Position numbers and translations under genes: made by a program. A stretch of 20,000 bases of DNA from an uncultured virus (IMG/VR IMGVR_UViG_3300028925_010764) (Duplodnaviria > Heunggongvirae > Uroviricota > Caudoviricetes): IMG/VR virus record IMGVR_UViG_3300028925_010764. One strand, written 5' to 3'. How positions within the stretch are numbered: position 1 is the stretch's first letter; each line of letters begins with the position of its first letter. Below, piece after piece: positions 8,600 through 15,836 of this stretch. The notes below the pieces were generated by a model that made no database searches, was not told the DNA's origin, and worked only from the letters and a program-made list of their open reading frames with translations.

Positions 8600-11500
8600 T
8601 GCGTGAATCCTTTCGTGTCGATCACCTTGGTCCTGAATACGCGACCGACCAATGATACCGGGTTATTCTTGCCTGACACGACGATCTTATCACCCCAGAA
8701 ATGCCGGGTAAGCTGACAGTTTCTTCGGGTGTTGGAGAGATCGGTCATTGAAATCACTTTGACCGCGGACTCGGCCAGGTCTTCCTTCGCTCCCATCAGG
8801 CTGACGGTCGCCGACATGCCATTCGTGCGCCGGCCGAGTCGGAGTTGATACCGCTCAAGCAGGACCGAGTTGAACCCCTTTCCGTTCCATGAGTCCAGGC
8901 CCGAACGGAGGGTCGAGTCGTATGACGCTCCCATCCTGTGCCAGATTGCCGGGATCACCGTCGCCGTTGTGGAGACAATGGTCGCCGACGTGTCCACTGT
9001 GACCTGTGTCGATGAGATGTATGCTGTGATCGCGTAGACCGTGTCGTCTGCCCACCTGATCGACCGGCCGACGTGCTCTGCGTCGAACGCCCCGGCTGTC
9101 GCTGTCACCGTGGTTGCGGTCTGGCTGGCAGTCACGGGAACCTCTTCGGCCGCGACGATCCCGTTTCGGATCAACGTCCCATCTGCGAGCCCCATGATGA
9201 ACCACTCCTCCGATGAGTTCGGGCGCCGTACCATTGCTCCTGACCTGGCCGGCATCACGCTCCTCGAAACCGTGTTGTATCGGTAGTCGTATCGAATGCA
9301 GTTCCCGCCCGGGAAGAACAGGATGATTTCCTTGGTGATCGTGTTGTCGCGCGCGAACACCTGGTGAGGGAGGGACTTGTCCACCTCCTTGAAGAAGCTC
9401 TCCTCCATGAATTGGAAGAACTCGATCTCGCGCGGGTGCTGGGACGTGGCGTCGAATCGATACAGCGCATTCTGCCCGATGAACAGATGCCACTCGCCCA
9501 TGACCTCGATGATTGATTCCGAATAGAGAGGGGTGTTCGGACCTTCGTAGACCTGTTCAAATCGGAACGGGGCTGCCGGCCGGCCCGTGTAGTTGCAGAT
9601 GAATATAGATCCCTTTCCGTCGAGCATCTCCTTGTAGATGATGAGCCGGTTTCGATCGAGCGGGACTGCCTTCAGGATTGCCCGTCCATCCTGATTCAAC
9701 TCGTCGAACCCAACGATGTTCCCGATCTGCGCCGTGCTCTGGATTAGGGTTTCGTCGAGCGAATGAACCGGAATCTCTGAAATTCTGATAACGGTGTTTC
9801 CGTGCGACACGGACTGAATGTCGGCTGTCAGGTTCCCCTGATTGATTCCGACCCCGGTGATGGTGATGCTGCAACCGCATTCGATCCACTTGACTGGGGA
9901 GTCCAAGACTATCGTGCGGGATCCTGCAACCACCTTCACCTTTGCGGTTGCTGCGAAATTGTGAGGCTCATCGATCGCGGACCAGAATGCCCGGTAGCTG
10001 AATCGATCGACATCTTCGGCCGTAGTCACTGCTGAGTAGTGATTGACGTTTGTGACCCTGAAACCCGTCGTTGGGATTCCCTCGTCCTTGTTCACTGTCA
10101 CCGTCTGCGTGTCGACGAAGGCGATGATCTTCCGCTCCTCGCCGGAGTCGAAGAGGATTGATTCTCCCACCATGGCCGCGGTGAACACCGGGCCCGTTGC
10201 CACCACATGGAAGTTGGTTGCCACGTCGTCGCGCAAAGTGAAGTCACGCGCAGGGTATATGAAGTCGGTCGTGTCCAGCGTTGCCACCTCTGGGCTGCCA
10301 CCTGAAAGTGATACAATCTTCCCTTGAACCCCGTTCTCGAACTCAACGATCTTCCCGACTGCCAACAGGGTGGCGCCTGCGTTCTTCGTCGAGGTCATCA
10401 GAGTCCCCTTGAGATACTTCGTCACTGCCTGATTCGGACGCTCGTCATCCGTCAGGACGGTGACGTTTGAGGTGTCCGTGAATGCTTCGACAAGATCTCG
10501 AAATCCTCTTCCCCCTTCGCTCCACACCACGACTGCCTCTTGGTTCGCGTCTGCCGCTGCGAAGATCGCCGTCGTCGCGGTGATCTTCTTCATCTTCTTC
10601 TCAGCGAAGGCGGAAACAGGAGCGCCATCGTGAAGCTCTGCAAACTCGCACTCGTTCGTATCATTTCCGGGTTCGGCGCCGTTGTATCGCGTCCGGTAGT
10701 ATCTCCAAATCTTCACGGCCTCGTCATCCGTCAGGACCTCCTTCGACATCATGACTTGGGTGGTGTATCCGCTGAATCCCCAACCCGCGACAGAGGGTGC
10801 AGTACGGAAGGAGTCTGCGGTGATCGACTGCCTGAACACGACGTTATCCGAAAGATCTCGAACCTCGATGTGCGAGACAGTGTCGTGCGTCAATGGGAAT
10901 GGGGTTGCATCATCCTCGGTCCCGGTGTCCGAGATGTGCATACGAGCGACGTACCATTTCTCTTTCACGATCCCCGTTATCTCTTGTTCTGCCGGGGGAA
11001 CCTGCTGACCCGTGCCCGACCAGACAAGCTTGTCTCCGGACATTGTTATGAATCCGCAGTTGCTTCGAATGATGTAGAGTCCACCAATCGTCACGTCCTT
11101 GAGCTGGAACATCACCCAGATTTCATGGTAATCAATAGTTCTGGGTTCCCCAACATGCGAGGCGTATGTGCCATCCCCTCCGTCCAGGGCTAAGATCGGT
11201 CCACCTTCTTCGACGGGAGGGACTACTGCGACGAGATCCTGATAGAGAACGCCTTCTTTATTAATGTCCATGTCTCCGATTCGGTCACGGAGAAACCATC
11301 CCGACCCGCCGTATTCAAGGCTACCCACATCCCAACTGTGATTGATCTTGGATACGATCAGAGACGGGTTGCTCGGAGTATTGTTACGGAAGATCTTCCA
11401 CCACTCGCATACAGGGTTTGAAGGCTGGTATCCCGAGATGGCCTGCATCGCTGTGACGCCATCGAACACAAGCGGATCACGGATGTCAGCGAGCGGCACT

Positions 11501-12114
11501 TCCTTGATTTGGTAGATGTCGAAGCACATCAACACGTCGTTCAGCTTCGCGATGGTGCCGACGCGCGCGACCCCGTTGTCTCGCAACTCGTAGATCGGTT
11601 TGACGACACTCTCCTCGAATCGATGCGTGACCGGGAGGTCGATCCCGTTGTTCATCACGAGCTGCGAGTTGATCGTGACCGCCTCCCACCTGGTGGTGTT
11701 CGCGCTGAACCCTGTCCCGATGGCCTTCCAGTGTCCGGTCAGAGATTCAAAGTATCCCGCGTCGTAATAGGGGATGGCATCAGGAACAAAGTATTCGTTG
11801 TTGTCGTAGGAGATGTATCGGTAGATGTCGGTGGCAGTGGCGCAGATGAACGCCCGGTCGCCGTTGGCTCTGTTCAGAGTTCCAACGAAGATGATAGGGG
11901 ATGCGAGGCCGGGGAAATTCTGAACGCCGAGAGCTTCAGTCGTCTTCGGGTAGAACTCGTCGTAACCCTCAGTGCGGTCCTCGGTGCTCTTGCCGCGGCG
12001 CCAGTCGGTCTTCTCAATCCAGGATGAAGCTCTAACCTGTGTCGGCAAGCGACTCGTGATCAACCGACCGCCTGAATCCGTGTTGACAAGTACCTCTTTG
12101 AATTTGTTTGGCAT
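8596..12114 (-). CDS. Tail nozzle / stabilisation protein (P22 gp10 / T7 gp12-like) with internal inserted domains, 1172 aa
   Basis: Beta-strand-rich N- and C-terminal parts with WEAVTINSQLVMNNGID, AFWSAIDEPHNF, HLFIGQNALYRFD, KEIILFFP...CIRYDY and STLRSG segments, typical of propeller-like nozzle proteins. Lies between the adaptor and the ejection genes. Confidence 0.75.
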   Translation of the reverse strand: MPNKFKEVLVNTDSGGRLITSRLPTQVRASSWIEKTDWRRGKSTEDRTEGYDEFYPKTTEALGVQNFPGLASPIIFVGTLNRANGDRAFICATATDIYRYISYDNNEYFVPDAIPYYDAGYFESLTGHWKAIGTGFSANTTRWEAVTINSQLVMNNGIDLPVTHRFEESVVKPIYELRDNGVARVGTIAKLNDVLMCFDIYQIKEVPLADIRDPLVFDGVTAMQAISGYQPSNPVCEWWKIFRNNTPSNPSLIVSKINHSWDVGSLEYGGSGWFLRDRIGDMDINKEGVLYQDLVAVVPPVEEGGPILALDGGDGTYASHVGEPRTIDYHEIWVMFQLKDVTIGGLYIIRSNCGFITMSGDKLVWSGTGQQVPPAEQEITGIVKEKWYVARMHISDTGTEDDATPFPLTHDTVSHIEVRDLSDNVVFRQSITADSFRTAPSVAGWGFSGYTTQVMMSKEVLTDDEAVKIWRYYRTRYNGAEPGNDTNECEFAELHDGAPVSAFAEKKMKKITATTAIFAAADANQEAVVVWSEGGRGFRDLVEAFTDTSNVTVLTDDERPNQAVTKYLKGTLMTSTKNAGATLLAVGKIVEFENGVQGKIVSLSGGSPEVATLDTTDFIYPARDFTLRDDVATNFHVVATGPVFTAAMVGESILFDSGEERKIIAFVDTQTVTVNKDEGIPTTGFRVTNVNHYSAVTTAEDVDRFSYRAFWSAIDEPHNFAATAKVKVVAGSRTIVLDSPVKWIECGCSITITGVGINQGNLTADIQSVSHGNTVIRISEIPVHSLDETLIQSTAQIGNIVGFDELNQDGRAILKAVPLDRNRLIIYKEMLDGKGSIFICNYTGRPAAPFRFEQVYEGPNTPLYSESIIEVMGEWHLFIGQNALYRFDATSQHPREIEFFQFMEESFFKEVDKSLPHQVFARDNTITKEIILFFPGGNCIRYDYRYNTVSRSVMPARSGAMVRRPNSSEEWFIMGLADGTLIRNGIVAAEEVPVTASQTATTVTATAGAFDAEHVGRSIRWADDTVYAITAYISSTQVTVDTSATIVSTTATVIPAIWHRMGASYDSTLRSGLDSWNGKGFNSVLLERYQLRLGRRTNGMSATVSLMGAKEDLAESAVKVISMTDLSNTRRNCQLTRHFWGDKIVVSGKNNPVSLVGRVFRTKVIDTKGFTQ
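10441..10737. repeat. Exact 18-bp direct repeat, copies 279 bp apart and in frame
   Basis: ctcgtcatccgtcaggac at 10441-10458 and 10720-10737; both encode VLTDDE. Confidence 0.9.
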
Positions 12115-12117
12115 GAC

Positions 12118-13908
12118 TCATAAACCCTGCGCTTGTGCTGTCACCTTGCAGGCCCAGTCGATTGTCGTTGCTGCAACGCCTGTGACTCTGACTCGGATGT
12201 TCGTTGTGCTGACATCCAGTGTGCAAGCGTAGGCTGCCACGTCTTCCGCGACCATCGTTGCGATCACCGAGTCAATCGTCACTGTTCCGGACTTGGTCGT
12301 CACCATGGCCCGCAAGATGTAGACTGCTCCATCATCCGCAGTCCCCGCTGCGCCTCCAGTTCTTCGAGCAGTAACGGTCGCTTCGATAAAGTAGGTTCGG
12401 TCGGCCGTGATCGGAACGGTATGAAGCGTGGTAACGGTGGCATCGGTCGTCTCTGCGCGGGACATATAGGTGGTTTCAGCGATGTCGCCGAGTCCACCAC
12501 CTGACTCCCCTTCGAGGCGCATGACAGCATCCCCATTCGCTGATGTTATTACGTGCAGTCGACCATCGGAAACATCTCCACCTCCATTAGAACCCACGAC
12601 AAGTCCTTCACCAGTCGCATTGAGTGGCATGAATATGTTGTCCACATTCGCCCCCGTTCGCGGAACGTACAGCACATGGGACGTTGTTGCCTCATTGTCA
12701 CTGGTGGCGCTTAAAACAAACGTGCCGGCAGCAACAGCCAATTGCCATTTCTCCCCATCGACACCCTGGTCTTCTTCCTCAAGAAATAGATAAGGATTCC
12801 CTCCTCCTGCATCGCTTGTGATGTAATTCCTCGTGCTCCCTGAATCAGTCCATAAAGCCCAAGGGATTTCTCCATTAAGTCCTATCCCAATGTCACCAGT
12901 GCCAATGCGATAAAACCCGTGCGACGTGGAGGATGAAAACGTGAGTGCTGGATTCGTAGCGGTGCCGTCATCAAGTTTCACTTGCTCAACGAAAATGTCA
13001 CGGACTTGCTTCGCTGAAGTGCCAATGTCGTAGGTGACATCAATGAATGGAACGTAGTGCCCGCTCGCGTCCCATTCCCACTTCTGCACTCCTCCTGTTG
13101 CCAGCTTAATGACATTCGCGGTGTCTCGAAAGAATCCAGTGTCCGTGTCTGGCCCCCAACTGAAACCCGGTGCGGCCGCGAAACCACCTTGCGCGAGGTG
13201 GACGTCCCCGTAAATGCTTGACCAATATCTCCCAGAACTTCCGAGTTCAATCGCGCTATCCGTATAAGGCCATAGACCCGTCGAGTCCCAATTTCCAAGC
13301 CCTGCCCCACCGGCTCCGAATCCTATCGTATCCGGAGTCTCAGTGAAAAAACCTGTGTTTGAATCTGCCGCGAACGCGAGTGACGGTGTGGCCGCAGCAC
13401 CACTCCCGAACGTAGTGATCAACTTGAGACTCAGGTTGGTGAATGCGGCCGAGTCCTTCACCCCGATGTGAGCAGCCCTAATGTCGAACTGAGTCGACTC
13501 GAAGACGTTGGTCCCGGCCGGCCTCGTGGTGACGCCCGACAGGAGCGCAAGCTCTGCCAGGCTTGTCGCCGAGCTGATGATCTTCTTGCTCGAGTCCGAC
13601 ACCATAGCCATCGACGCAGTCAGTGAATCGTTGGTCATCGCCGCCTTGACGACCAGGTTCGACATAGTCGGCCCGTTCTTCATGTGCACGTCGCTCGTTT
13701 CAGTGATGGTGAACTGGCCTGTATCGAACGTGTAGATGTTGGTTCCCGTGACCCCAAGAGTGGTTCGCATGGCAGCGGCAGTGGTGTCGTCGAGGATGGT
13801 TCTCGAGAACGGCGTGCTGATCACTGGGCCCCGGATGGTCTGGGCGACACAGATGGTGGCGACTATGGCGAGGAGGAATCCGAGGAGTAGTGGTCGTGTG
13901 CGTTTCAT
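12118..13908 (-). CDS. Tail-fibre-like protein with N-terminal Sec-type signal peptide, 596 aa
   Basis: MKRTRP-LLLGFLLAIVATI-CVA|Q, then the fibre motif TPFSRTILDDTTAAAMRTTLG. Three fibre-type repeats follow (AATPSLAFAADSNTGFF, AAAPGFSWGPDTDTGFF, ATNPALTFSSSTSHGFY), then a C-terminal beta-sandwich-like domain. Confidence 0.75.
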   Translation of the reverse strand: MKRTRPLLLGFLLAIVATICVAQTIRGPVISTPFSRTILDDTTAAAMRTTLGVTGTNIYTFDTGQFTITETSDVHMKNGPTMSNLVVKAAMTNDSLTASMAMVSDSSKKIISSATSLAELALLSGVTTRPAGTNVFESTQFDIRAAHIGVKDSAAFTNLSLKLITTFGSGAAATPSLAFAADSNTGFFTETPDTIGFGAGGAGLGNWDSTGLWPYTDSAIELGSSGRYWSSIYGDVHLAQGGFAAAPGFSWGPDTDTGFFRDTANVIKLATGGVQKWEWDASGHYVPFIDVTYDIGTSAKQVRDIFVEQVKLDDGTATNPALTFSSSTSHGFYRIGTGDIGIGLNGEIPWALWTDSGSTRNYITSDAGGGNPYLFLEEEDQGVDGEKWQLAVAAGTFVLSATSDNEATTSHVLYVPRTGANVDNIFMPLNATGEGLVVGSNGGGDVSDGRLHVITSANGDAVMRLEGESGGGLGDIAETTYMSRAETTDATVTTLHTVPITADRTYFIEATVTARRTGGAAGTADDGAVYILRAMVTTKSGTVTIDSVIATMVAEDVAAYACTLDVSTTNIRVRVTGVAATTIDWACKVTAQAQGL

Positions 13909-14228
13909 TTCTTGAATGTTTGAATAGGGTTTCTTCTCTTTCCTGATAGCGTTTTAGCACTCATGGCATATGCCTTCTCTTTCCTGATGGCGTTTTCCTT
14001 CCTTTTGGCTAACTTCGCCGACTTCTTCTTGTAGGCTGCATCTGACTTAGCCCTCTCTGCCTTCCTCTTGGCTTTCTGGGCGTCCGCTATTTTCTTGGCG
14101 GCAGCCAGTTTTGCAGTATGGGTGTGCGGGGACGCATCCAGACGCGCTTCTGATTGGGCTACTGTTTCACCGGGGCGGTTAATTCCTGGACTCCTCCGTG
14201 TGCGAACTCTTCGTTTTATTGCAGCCAT
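13905..14228 (-). CDS. Highly basic Lys/Arg/Ala-rich protein, 107 aa
   Basis: Fills the gap in the operon and overlaps the next gene by ATGA. Sequence such as AAAKKIADAQKAKRKAERAKSDAAYKKKSAKLAKRK. Confidence 0.7.
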   Translation of the reverse strand: MAAIKRRVRTRRSPGINRPGETVAQSEARLDASPHTHTAKLAAAKKIADAQKAKRKAERAKSDAAYKKKSAKLAKRKENAIRKEKAYAMSAKTLSGKRRNPIQTFKK

Positions 14229-14230
14229 GA

Positions 14231-14370
14231 TTAGAATGTGGGTTCAGTATTTCCTTACAGCCTTCTTGGCTTTCTTGGCTTTCTTGTTCACAGCCTTACC
14301 GACCTTCTTGATGGTCTTCGGAGTGGATTTGCTTTTCTTGTGCATATCAGAATGTGGGCTCAGCATTGCC
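14231..14370. repeat. 24-bp imperfect direct repeat (duplicated 3' end of the 121-aa gene)
   Basis: 14231-14254 ttagaatgtgggttcagtatttcc versus 14347-14370 tcagaatgtgggctcagcattgcc, 20/24 identical. On the minus strand they read GNTEPTF* and GNAEPTF*. Confidence 0.9.
14244..14345 (-). CDS. Lys-rich micro-protein, 33 aa (histone H1 tail / protamine-like composition)
   Basis: Below the ORF-track size range. ATG lies 1 nt after the upstream TGA. Reads MHKKSKSTPKTIKKVGKAVNKKAKKAKKAVRKY*: 14 Lys, 1 Arg, no acidic residue. Fills an otherwise empty gap in a gapless operon. Confidence 0.75.
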   Translation of the reverse strand: MHKKSKSTPKTIKKVGKAVNKKAKKAKKAVRKY

Positions 14371-14712
14371 GCCAGTGTTGTGCCATTTCTGCCCGTCCCA
14401 CTCAAGGATAAGCGAGGTCGAGTAGGTGTCGAATTTGAATCCCGCGATGGGCGTGATGAACGAGCCCGTCAGTGTCCACGATGCCGTGGTTGAAACCAGA
14501 TCCCCGCGGACTTGGATCCGCTTGACTTGGCCCTCGTAGGTTCCAGATGGAATCGTGATCGCGTGTGGCCCTCCGGAGGCGGTGGCGAGGTAGGTGACAG
14601 CCACTCCAAGTGAAGCGGCGCCGGCGACAGTGAGAGTTTGCATGATGTTCCCGGCCGTCTCCCGGTAGAACGGGGGCGTCGGCGATTGAGCGATTACGTT
14701 TGCGTCAGACAT
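14347..14712 (-). CDS. Small virion structural protein, fibre/spike-like beta domain, 121 aa
   Basis: TAATG coupling to the adaptor gene. AITIPSGTYEGQVKRI...SLILEWDGQKW resembles a domain common in phage head and tail fibres. Confidence 0.65.
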   Translation of the reverse strand: MSDANVIAQSPTPPFYRETAGNIMQTLTVAGAASLGVAVTYLATASGGPHAITIPSGTYEGQVKRIQVRGDLVSTTASWTLTGSFITPIAGFKFDTYSTSLILEWDGQKWHNTGGNAEPTF

Positions 14713-15386
14713 TAGACTTTTTCCTGTTGCAGCCGGTGGATGGCCAATCTTTTCCTACGGTAGCTCCCGAGATATGAATTGAAAAGGCCGATCTCCTCCT
14801 CGTTCCCGCGCCTCATCTCGGCCCGGACGAAGAAAGCAACAGCCTCGGCGACCATTCGGGTGTAAGGAACCTGATCCCCGCCAGCGTAATCGGATTTGAC
14901 CCCGTTCCACCAGACGTGAACCATCATGTCCGCATCGATCGAAGGGTAGACCCACGCCGTGTAGCGCTCCGGATCCACGCAGACGTAGCCGTTTCCGTGG
15001 GAGACATCGAGCTGTCCATGCCGCATCTTGTCGAGATCCTCGAAGGGTAGGACGGTCGTGGCGTGCCTGGCCTCAGTTATCGTCAGGCCGTCGTCCTTCA
15101 TCTCCGCGCGAATGATCTTGATGCCAGTCACGGAGCCGGGAGGGAGAACGAAGCGGCTGCAGAGCCCGTCGATCGCGAGGTCGTTGGCCTGGTAGATGGT
15201 CTGGTGGCCGACACGCAGGACGGGCAGGAGCTCCTGCATCTCCGTCAAGCAGGACTTCGCCCACGCCAACTTCTCGTTGCCCTCGGTCAGTCGGTCAGCA
15301 TCGACGCTCAGATTGTCGTCGACCACCGTGAGGAAGGTCGTCCACGTCAGGGTCTGGTCTGTTGCAGTGGCAGCCGGCGCGCTCAT
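14712..15386 (-). CDS. Putative head-tail adaptor (tail tubular protein A-like), 224 aa
   Basis: Helical N-terminus, central beta region (FVLPPG...AWVYPSID...VHVWW), then VPYTRMVAEAVAFFVRAE helix. Size and position fit podovirus adaptors. Confidence 0.7.
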   Translation of the reverse strand: MSAPAATATDQTLTWTTFLTVVDDNLSVDADRLTEGNEKLAWAKSCLTEMQELLPVLRVGHQTIYQANDLAIDGLCSRFVLPPGSVTGIKIIRAEMKDDGLTITEARHATTVLPFEDLDKMRHGQLDVSHGNGYVCVDPERYTAWVYPSIDADMMVHVWWNGVKSDYAGGDQVPYTRMVAEAVAFFVRAEMRRGNEEEIGLFNSYLGSYRRKRLAIHRLQQEKV

Positions 15387-15736
15387 ACTGGGATGGGTCG
15401 GACGGTGAGAGCTTCAGCGATTGTCTCGGGGAGCTCGTAGGCGGGACGGGTGTCACCTCCCACAACCACCGCAGCCTGATCCCTTTTTAGGGACAGATGA
15501 GATCGACTTGCGAAGGCTTTTGTTTGCTGACTCGGATCGCTGAGTCGATGCTTTTTTTTTAAAAACGTCCCTTCGTCGATCTCTTCGACAGCCTGGTCTA
15601 CGGCGAGCATGGCTGCCAGCACTGGTTCTTCCGTAGAGAAAACACCAGTGATCCCGCCAGCGTGAGTGCCGGCCGGAAGGAATTGAACCCCAGCAAAGAG
15701 CCGGTTCCCAATTGACTTTGCAAAGAAATATCTCAT
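15383..15736 (-). CDS. Hypothetical protein, 117 aa (0-frame), with possible 94-aa -1 frameshift isoform
   Basis: First ORF after the terminator, ATGA-coupled to the adaptor gene. Contains in-frame TTT TTA AAA AAA AAG at codons 58-62. Confidence 0.75.
   Translation of the reverse strand: MRYFFAKSIGNRLFAGVQFLPAGTHAGGITGVFSTEEPVLAAMLAVDQAVEEIDEGTFLKKKHRLSDPSQQTKAFASRSHLSLKRDQAAVVVGGDTRPAYELPETIAEALTVRPIPV
15551..15572 (-). promoter_or_regulatory. Candidate programmed -1 frameshift / slippage signal
   Basis: Correctly phased A AAA AAG heptamer (15551-15557) inside T5A9G. SD-like AGGGA (15568-15572) lies 10 nt upstream and a GACTC/GAGTC stem starts 4 nt downstream. Confidence 0.65.
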
Positions 15737-15759
15737 TTCACTGATTAGTCCAACCTGAT

Positions 15760-15794
15760 AAAAAAAACAGGGTGCCCCTTGCGAGGCACCCCGT
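15760..15794 (-). terminator. Rho-independent terminator after the capsid/decoration genes
   Basis: Minus strand ACGGGGTGCCTC-GCAA-GGGGCACCCTG-T8: GC-rich stem with two G-U pairs, GNRA tetraloop, U tract. Confidence 0.9.
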
Positions 15795-15836
15795 CAACCT
15801 TTCACCACTCGATGGTCAACGAACCAAGGAGAGATC

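Noticed and set aside
6527..13908. Diversity-generating retroelement or invertible fibre cassette
   Set aside because: No template/variable repeat pair differing at adenines, no reverse transcriptase or invertase, and no reversed fibre segments were seen in the window.
14231..14370. CRISPR-like mini-array
   Set aside because: Only two imperfect, non-palindromic copies with a 92-bp coding interval and no cas genes.
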